DNA from: an uncultured Nitrososphaeraceae archaeon
GTDB taxonomy: Archaea; Thermoproteota; Nitrososphaeria; Nitrososphaerales; Nitrososphaeraceae
NCBI GenBank assembly: GCA_963825865.1
Contig: CAWGVG010000010.1
Location: 31,683 to 95,682, forward strand
Length of the DNA: 64,000 nt
Direction: 5' to 3'
This document shows, piece by piece, positions 57,869 through 64,000 of this stretch; the stretch's first letter is position 1, and each line of letters opens with the position of its first letter. The notes under the pieces were generated by a model that did not search any database, was not told the DNA's origin, and saw nothing but the letters and a program-made list of their open reading frames with translations. The position numbers and the translations under genes were made by a program.

Positions 57869-58293
57869 GCCTTATCTACCTAAGTTGAATATGAATATTA
57901 AAACTGACTGTAAATCCTTTGACATACTTGTCGTATTCTATAGAAAAACTGACATAAAGTGAAGTTCAGTAATAAAGGATGGTGATTTTTATATCGAGTT
58001 TATTTGTCATGATGATCATGGTATGCTGAAGGCACTTGCCAATACGAACCATTACTATGGACAATTTTCAAGCGACTGTTACTTCATGTGCATGATTAAA
58101 CGATAGGTTAAAAATACTTAGTTGTTGATAATTTATATGATAAAAACCCATTAAAAGAAAGCAAAGAAAACCTATTTTTGATTATGAGAAATAACCCACC
58201 ATGATTCTTTACCTATGCCTGATTTTAACATGCATTAAATCATAATTTCGAAACAAATGCATATGGGTAGGAAAATCCAACTAAGTCCAAAAA

Positions 58294-59299
58294 TTAAAAG
58301 AGTATTTCATAGTTGTTTTGTACAACTATGTGTCTCTCTCCACCATCATGGGTTTTTTCAAATTCTATTTTGAAATTATATACATTAAGAAATTCAACTA
58401 TCGGTCTATAAAAATTATTACCGCCATGAAGATTATGAACTTCTATTAAAAGTGCGATATCTTTGCTTTTAGACAACACATTAGTAGCTCCTTTTAATAC
58501 TTCAAATTCAGCTCCTTCAACATCTATTTTTATCCAGTTAATATCTGCATGATTTATTCCATTTTGTTGTAATAGATTATCTAGTGTGTTAGAATTTATC
58601 TCAACAAACCTATCTTCTTTTTTTGCTCTATCTGAGAGTATGGTATTGTAAATTGTATGACCCAATTGTTGACCTGGTGTATATAGTTTTATTTTTGTTT
58701 CTTTGGAGTATACAGCAGAGTTCAAAGCTATTACATTGGTTAATTTGTTTAGTTTGATATTTCGATTTAATATTTCGAAATTATGTGGATGAGCCTCAAT
58801 AGCAATTACTTTTCCCCTGGAACCAACACGCTTTGAACTTATAATGGAATATCGACCTATATGGGCACCAATATCTACAATAACATGTCCTGTTTTAGTG
58901 TGAAAGTGTTCTATTATTTCATCTTCGCGAATTGTCATATTTATTATATCATCTTTGTTAATAGGACAATAGGCCTTGTAATCATACTTTGATACACTGA
59001 TTTTTAATAGAAGGGGATTATTGTTATTGGCTAATCTCAAAAACTTGACAACAGCATACAAAAATTTAATTATAAAAAGTGATGGAATTGCATTATACTC
59101 ATAACTAAAATTGATGCCTTTCTTGAAAAATACCCTATCTCTCCTTTTTCTACCTAATACTATCCTGAGTGAAAACCTTGAAACCAAATAGAAAACCAAA
59201 TACATAATTTTATGCAAAAATACTAAGACCTTATCTAATACCTGCAAGATGCATTGGTTCTTGTCTTGTTAACCAAGAAGTCAGTTTTTCCGTTTGCAT
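58294..59299 (-). CDS. FkbM-family methyltransferase
   Basis: VDIGAHIG, WIKIDVEGAE. N-terminal KLTSWL lies in a shifted frame. Confidence 0.92.
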
Positions 59300-59791
59300 C
59301 TCTTTTACATTCAACTATAAAACCTATATGGATTAATATGTATTGAGATCGGTTGCTTTTTGACCTCATTATAGAATAGGATCTGTTTTCTGTATTCACC
59401 ATTTATATACAGATATAAGAACGACACTTGTAGGGTTATTCTAAAATCTGTAAAGATAAAGCCATTAGAATACTTATATATATATATATCGTGTAATGAA
59501 TCTAAAAAAATGATATGTAGAAAAATGAAAGTATAATATTAGGGCTCGTCTACACAACTATCAATAACAAATTAAAGAAGAAGAATAGATAAACAATTTT
59601 TGAACTTAGTTTCATGTGAATCATTTTGAGCCTTGTTTTTCTTCATCATTATCATTACTATTATTATTACTACCTGCTTCATTGTCATCCCGTTAACTAA
59701 CTCGAAAGCTTTGCCATCGAGCAGACATCAGTAGTAAATCACCGTAACCATTTGCTTTTATCATTTGTATTGACAAATTGCACTTCAATTC

Positions 59792-60174
59792 CTAACGCCT
59801 TAACACAATTAATATTTGAGTTACATTGTTAAATTGATTTCTTACAATTATATGCTTATCTCCACTTTCATATGTATTTTCAAATTCTATTTTGAAATTA
59901 TATGCATTCAGGAATTCTACTACCTGTCTAGAACCATCTTGACCATGAATTTCCACAAGAAGCGCAATACTTTTACTATTGGATAATATGTTAGTAGCTC
60001 CTTTTAATACTTCAAATTCAATCCCCTTCAACATCTATTTTTATCCAGTTAATATCTGCATGATTTATTCCATTTTGTTGTTGTGATAATAGATTATCTA
60101 ATGTATTAGCGTTTACTTCTACAAATTTGTTCGTATATGTGGAGGATGATGGAGCCACCGAAGGTGAGTTATAT
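59792..60174 (-). CDS. FkbM-family methyltransferase, 3' part only; 5' part lost at the composition junction
   Basis: KFVEVNANTLDNL...WIKIDVEG.EFEVLKG...LLVEIHG. Confidence 0.85.
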
Positions 60175-60260
60175 CACTCAGTTTGCTGGCCGTCAGGCTG
60201 TGTTCAATAGGCTGAAATAGGTTCATCCCGTTTTGCACCTCCTAGTATCCCAGCAGTGGG
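60135..60260. other. Junction between archaeal AT-rich and bacterial GC-rich sequence
   Basis: Abrupt composition change that truncates an FkbM gene; no att site, TIR or integrase nearby. Confidence 0.9.
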
Positions 60261-60326
60261 CATCAGAAACCCGGCGCGTGGGGGCGTGTCTTTCCCCCAG
60301 TTGGGGCGCAGTCCGATTCGACTCTC

Positions 60327-60480
60327 AACCCACGGCTTGCGCCGTGGGCTACATTCTTCGCGCGCTCCGCGGCTAGCCCTTTACGGCGTTCCGCGCTAGT
60401 CGAAACCCGGACGAAGTATGGCACGGACCAGAGCCGCGTAGCGGCGCAGAAAATATAGCCCACGGCGTAAGCCGTGGGTT
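60327..60480. repeat. Inverted pair of ~48-bp REP-like palindromic elements
   Basis: 60327..60374 is an imperfect reverse complement of 60432..60480. Each contains the hairpin CCCACGGC-n4-GCCGTGGG. Confidence 0.8.
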
Positions 60481-60533
60481 GAAAACCACCTAAATGGGAA
60501 TAGCCCCGAAGGGGCGGAAGACACGGACGACGG

Positions 60534-61695
60534 GTGAAAACCCAAACTTTTGTTCTGACTAGAAGGGAAGGCGACTTGGCCAGAAGAATCATTGCCTGGA
60601 TTGTTGCTGCGAACTGTCTCACTCTGGTTGCCTGCTGCGCCGTGCCGCTGTTTGCGCAGACAACTTCAAAAGCGGCGGACAAGAGTGTCCGCCCCACACA
60701 ACACGGGAGCGCGAACTCGTCCTATGAAGCCTATGTTCCAGACACAGTCTCCCCGAATCTCAACACGTTCTTCGGATGATGACCGGGCCGCAAGGCCTTC
60801 CGTTCCGGGACCCGATGACGTTGAAGGTTGGAAAAAGATTCAGTACTTACGTTCCGTCCGCAATTGAAGGCGATCGGAAAGGACCGGAAGTATCCCGGCG
60901 AACATCGGAAACCATGAAGCGTTACCCTCGACCAGCAAGAATCGGGAGATCGCCGGGGTGCCGGTGGTGGAGATCGTCTCGCAAAAATGGAAGGACAACG
61001 GGAAAATTCTGGTCTATGTCCACGGCGGCGGGTACGTAACTGGCGGCCCCGATTTGGCCTTGGTGGCTGGGTCTCGGCGAAACCGGACTGCGTATCATTT
61101 CGGTTGGCTACACGCTGGCTCCCGAAGCGAAGTGGGAGCAGGTACGACCAGGTGGTCTCCGTGCTGCACGCACTCGAAGAAGAAGGCTATGCTCCGAAAA
61201 ATATTGCGGTGCTGGGCGACTCTGCTGGAGGTGGTCATGCCGCCGGGGCCGTGCTCAAGATGCGGGACCAAGGGCTCGGCATGCCGGGCGCGGTCGTCCT
61301 GTGGTCGCCTTGGGCTGATATCACCGAGACTGGCGACACCGCCGTCACTCTCAAGCAGCGCCGATCCCACTGCCTGACTACGAGAAAGTCCTCTAAAGAA
61401 GGCCGCGGACGCCTACGCCGATCCCAAGGACCAGAAGCATCCCTACGTCTCGCCGGTCTACGGCGATTATTCCAAGGGGTTTCCGCCGACCCTGATCCAG
61501 GGCGGCACCAAGGAGATTTTCCTCAGCGATTTCGTCCGTGAATATCGCGCCATCGACAGCGCGGGCGGGACGGCGGTGCTGGATATCTACGAAGGCATGC
61601 CCCACGTCTTTCAGGGAATCGTCTTCGGCACGCCCGAGACGGAACAGTCGATGGTGAAGATGAAGAAGTTTCTTGCGCTCTATCTGGGGAAGTGA
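60534..61695 (+). CDS. Secreted alpha/beta-hydrolase, HSL-family esterase (many apparent indels)
   Basis: VYVHGGGY, LGDSAGG, WSPWADI, FPPTLIQGG..E, YEGMPHVF; signal-like N-terminus. Confidence 0.88.
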
Positions 61696-64000
61696 CAGGT
61701 GTCAGTCGAAGCGGGCTCGGCTGTTGGGCGTCGTTTGCCGGGAGTCTTAGGGCTGCGCGAGATGACCGGCGGAGTGGCGACGCTTACTACGGCAGGGTTG
61801 TCCCTGAGCTTCACGTACAACTGTGTTCCGCTCGGTCGCGGGACAGTGATCTCGGAACTCACAAATCCCAACGGTACCGAAACACTGTTCGCGAAAGTCT
61901 CGTCCGATGCGACCGAGTCGATCAGGAAAAGATTCGAGCCGCTTAGGAGTGCATTCTTTGGCGGACCTCCAGGGCAATGAATTGCAGTAAGGGAGGGAAC
62001 TCGTACCAGGGTGGCGAGAGGTTGCCAGTCGCCTTTGATTTCCCCTGCACCGCACGGAATCGAACGGACCGAAGGCAGAGCGACCGAACAGCCGCGGGTC
62101 CAGTTCTGCGATCATGTTTTGAGAATCCTCCAGTATCAGCGTCCCATCATCAAGGCTCAACACGACTTTGAAAGATCCATCTTCCGTTTCAACCTCGATC
62201 TGCTGATTGCGAGGGAATGTTGCGGACTTCGGCTCGCAGAATGAAGGAAAGCTTTCGCGTCCTGAGGAAGTTGGTCGTCGCCGCAGGCGAATGGTTTCTT
62301 CACTTGGTCCGGGGTCAATCGTTCTCCCGATCAATGCGACCTTCGGCCGGGGTGGCCGACGACGGTCGGCAAGATCAGTGATCGTCCGTCTTTGAGAGCG
62401 ACGCGGGCGATGACTTGAATCGCCGGCACGAAGCGTGATGGAGTTCGAGTCCCCGGCTGACAGGCGTAACTCGTCCTGTCGTAGAACGCGAGAGAGGCTG
62501 AGCCGGGCTGAAGCGGTGGCTCCAGGTCGATAGCGGCAACCTGGTCCAAGCGGGTCCCTTTGAGTTTGCCTTCCTGATCTCCCTCGTGGATTTCGAGAAC
62601 TCATCCAAGCGCCCGGCCTCGGAATAGGCTTGCAAGTGAATCGTGTCCGGTTGGTCCATTCCGTATTGTCTTACCAGAACTGTGATCGGATCCGGCGCTG
62701 CTTGTCCTTGAGCGGGAGCTGCACGGTGAGCCGGCCGGGCTTCGGGGATTTCCAGTCGATGCCGACTTCACTGCCGTCTCGATCTTTCATCGTCACCGCT
62801 TGCACACAGGCGGTATCGTCTCCCTGCAATCCGACAGTGTCCTCACGGCCCACGATAATTCCAGTCTGATCGGATGGGGCAACTCTCCAGTTTGTCGGGT
62901 GTGCATTTCTCAGCTGAAAACTTGGACCGTCAAGGGTACAAATCCCCAGTATGCGCGAACGGTCCCGGTAGTGACTGCATCCAGCGCTTCGGCGTGAAGT
63001 CTCCGAGCGTCGATGACGTATCCTCCGCGCGCAGGATTGGCGTGACCGGAAGGTCCACGCTGCCCAGACCTGGCTTTGACGCGAAGGACACTATCATGTG
63101 CCAAATCGGTCACGTACAGCAGTGGAGCACCCTCAACCGGAAGCACCAGTGAAGGTTGTTGCAGACAAAATTCGCTGCTTAGATTTGGAGCGTGCAGGGA
63201 GGGAAGACGGCGGCTCAATAGGCGGCAGAGTGAAGACCAGCACAGACATGGGCTTCTGGAAAGATGGGGGATTGTTGAGCTTTAAATTCAATTGACCTTC
63301 GCGGGGAAGAGCCAGGGCTGGAATGTACTGATACCGGGCGGTGCGGAAGCCCTCCAGCAAGCGGGCCAAATCGACGAAAGCGCCGACGTACGGACTATAG
63401 GCGCCACCACCGGCGACGCGAGATGTGCTGAGCTGACCGATTAGATCGGAACCCGCTCCCGACGTCAGGGTAGAAACCATCGACTGGTTATGCCCATCTC
63501 CATCACCAGCTGTTCTGTATTTTGCATCAGGCAGGGCGCCTGTTGTTCGCTCGGCTTGTCAAAACACTGCTCATCCAGCTTGATATTTAAGCTGCGAGCC
63601 AAGAGTACTGACCGGTCGTGGAGCACCGCGGGATCGTTGTCAGATGTTTCCCGGATCGCATTCAAATATCCGTCCAAACGCGAACGAGCCAGGCTGGCCC
63701 GGTTCAAGTCCTGCGACGCTCGGACAAGTCCCGGGCTTTCCCAGGACCGCTGACCGTAGCGTGCTGAAATCACCGCTGGTTTCGGGAGCCAGGAAAAGCA
63801 GAAGCTGCTGAGCATCTTTCGGAACGGTGAGAACGATGCCTTCTTCCCGCACCTGCCGATTCCAGGTTTCTACTTTGGTAAACCAGGTTGGGGGCGGGGG
63901 ATTGGTGACGCCGCGAAGAAATGCCGCGACCAGGATGTAATGAACGGATTGCTCATCGGGCAGGTTGGGGTGAACCCCAGATCGAACTGGCCTGCAGGTT
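61680..64000 (-). CDS. Large bacterial hypothetical protein (5' end outside window; many apparent indels)
   Basis: Chain of overlapping minus-strand ORFs with protein-like segments (FLAPETSGDFSTLRSAV, FVRASQDLNRASL, YQYIPALALP, QLYVKLRDNP). Confidence 0.7.

Noticed and set aside
1-64000. Mass pseudogenisation or programmed frameshifting
   Set aside because: Single-base shifts, many in homopolymers, also hit essential genes (nuoN, prenyl synthase) and both source organisms, so sequencing error is more likely.
60260-64000. Bacterium-to-archaeon genomic island
   Set aside because: No integration signature, and the junction cuts a gene mid-domain; an assembly or concatenation artefact is simpler.

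Overview
Positions 1 to ~60,170 are AT-rich DNA from a soil-type ammonia-oxidising archaeon (Nitrososphaeraceae-like, inferred from gene content). From ~60,200 the sequence switches abruptly to GC-rich bacterial DNA (Acidobacteria-like), almost certainly a contig join or chimera. Single-base indels split many otherwise intact genes, including nuoN, so most frameshifts are probably sequencing errors. Layout: (1) core genes nuoN, a polyprenyl synthase, tRNA-Glu with a 15/16 D-arm intron, a CADD/PqqC-like gene and tRNA-Ile2(CAT); (2) a tRNA-anchored integrative island with two tyrosine recombinases, a TopoVIB-like GHKL ATPase and a primase-polymerase, followed by ~20 kb of decayed mobile-element cargo, a PLD, an IS630 and a small secreted-protein family; (3) a ~7 kb DNA-repair-like cassette; (4) a surface-glycan block (four FkbM, four GT4) interleaved with two-component genes, P-II and a pseudo-cyclase-REC fusion. 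The cassette reads radA, RPA-like gene, inactive radA-like gene, arCOG07300-like gene, polB2, and a second convergent arCOG07300-like gene. The main candidate novelty is the RPA-like gene: it appears to carry the N-L1-PAZ-(L2) half of an Argonaute inserted inside its last OB fold, with no MID/PIWI. All family calls come from reading motifs by eye; no database searches were run.
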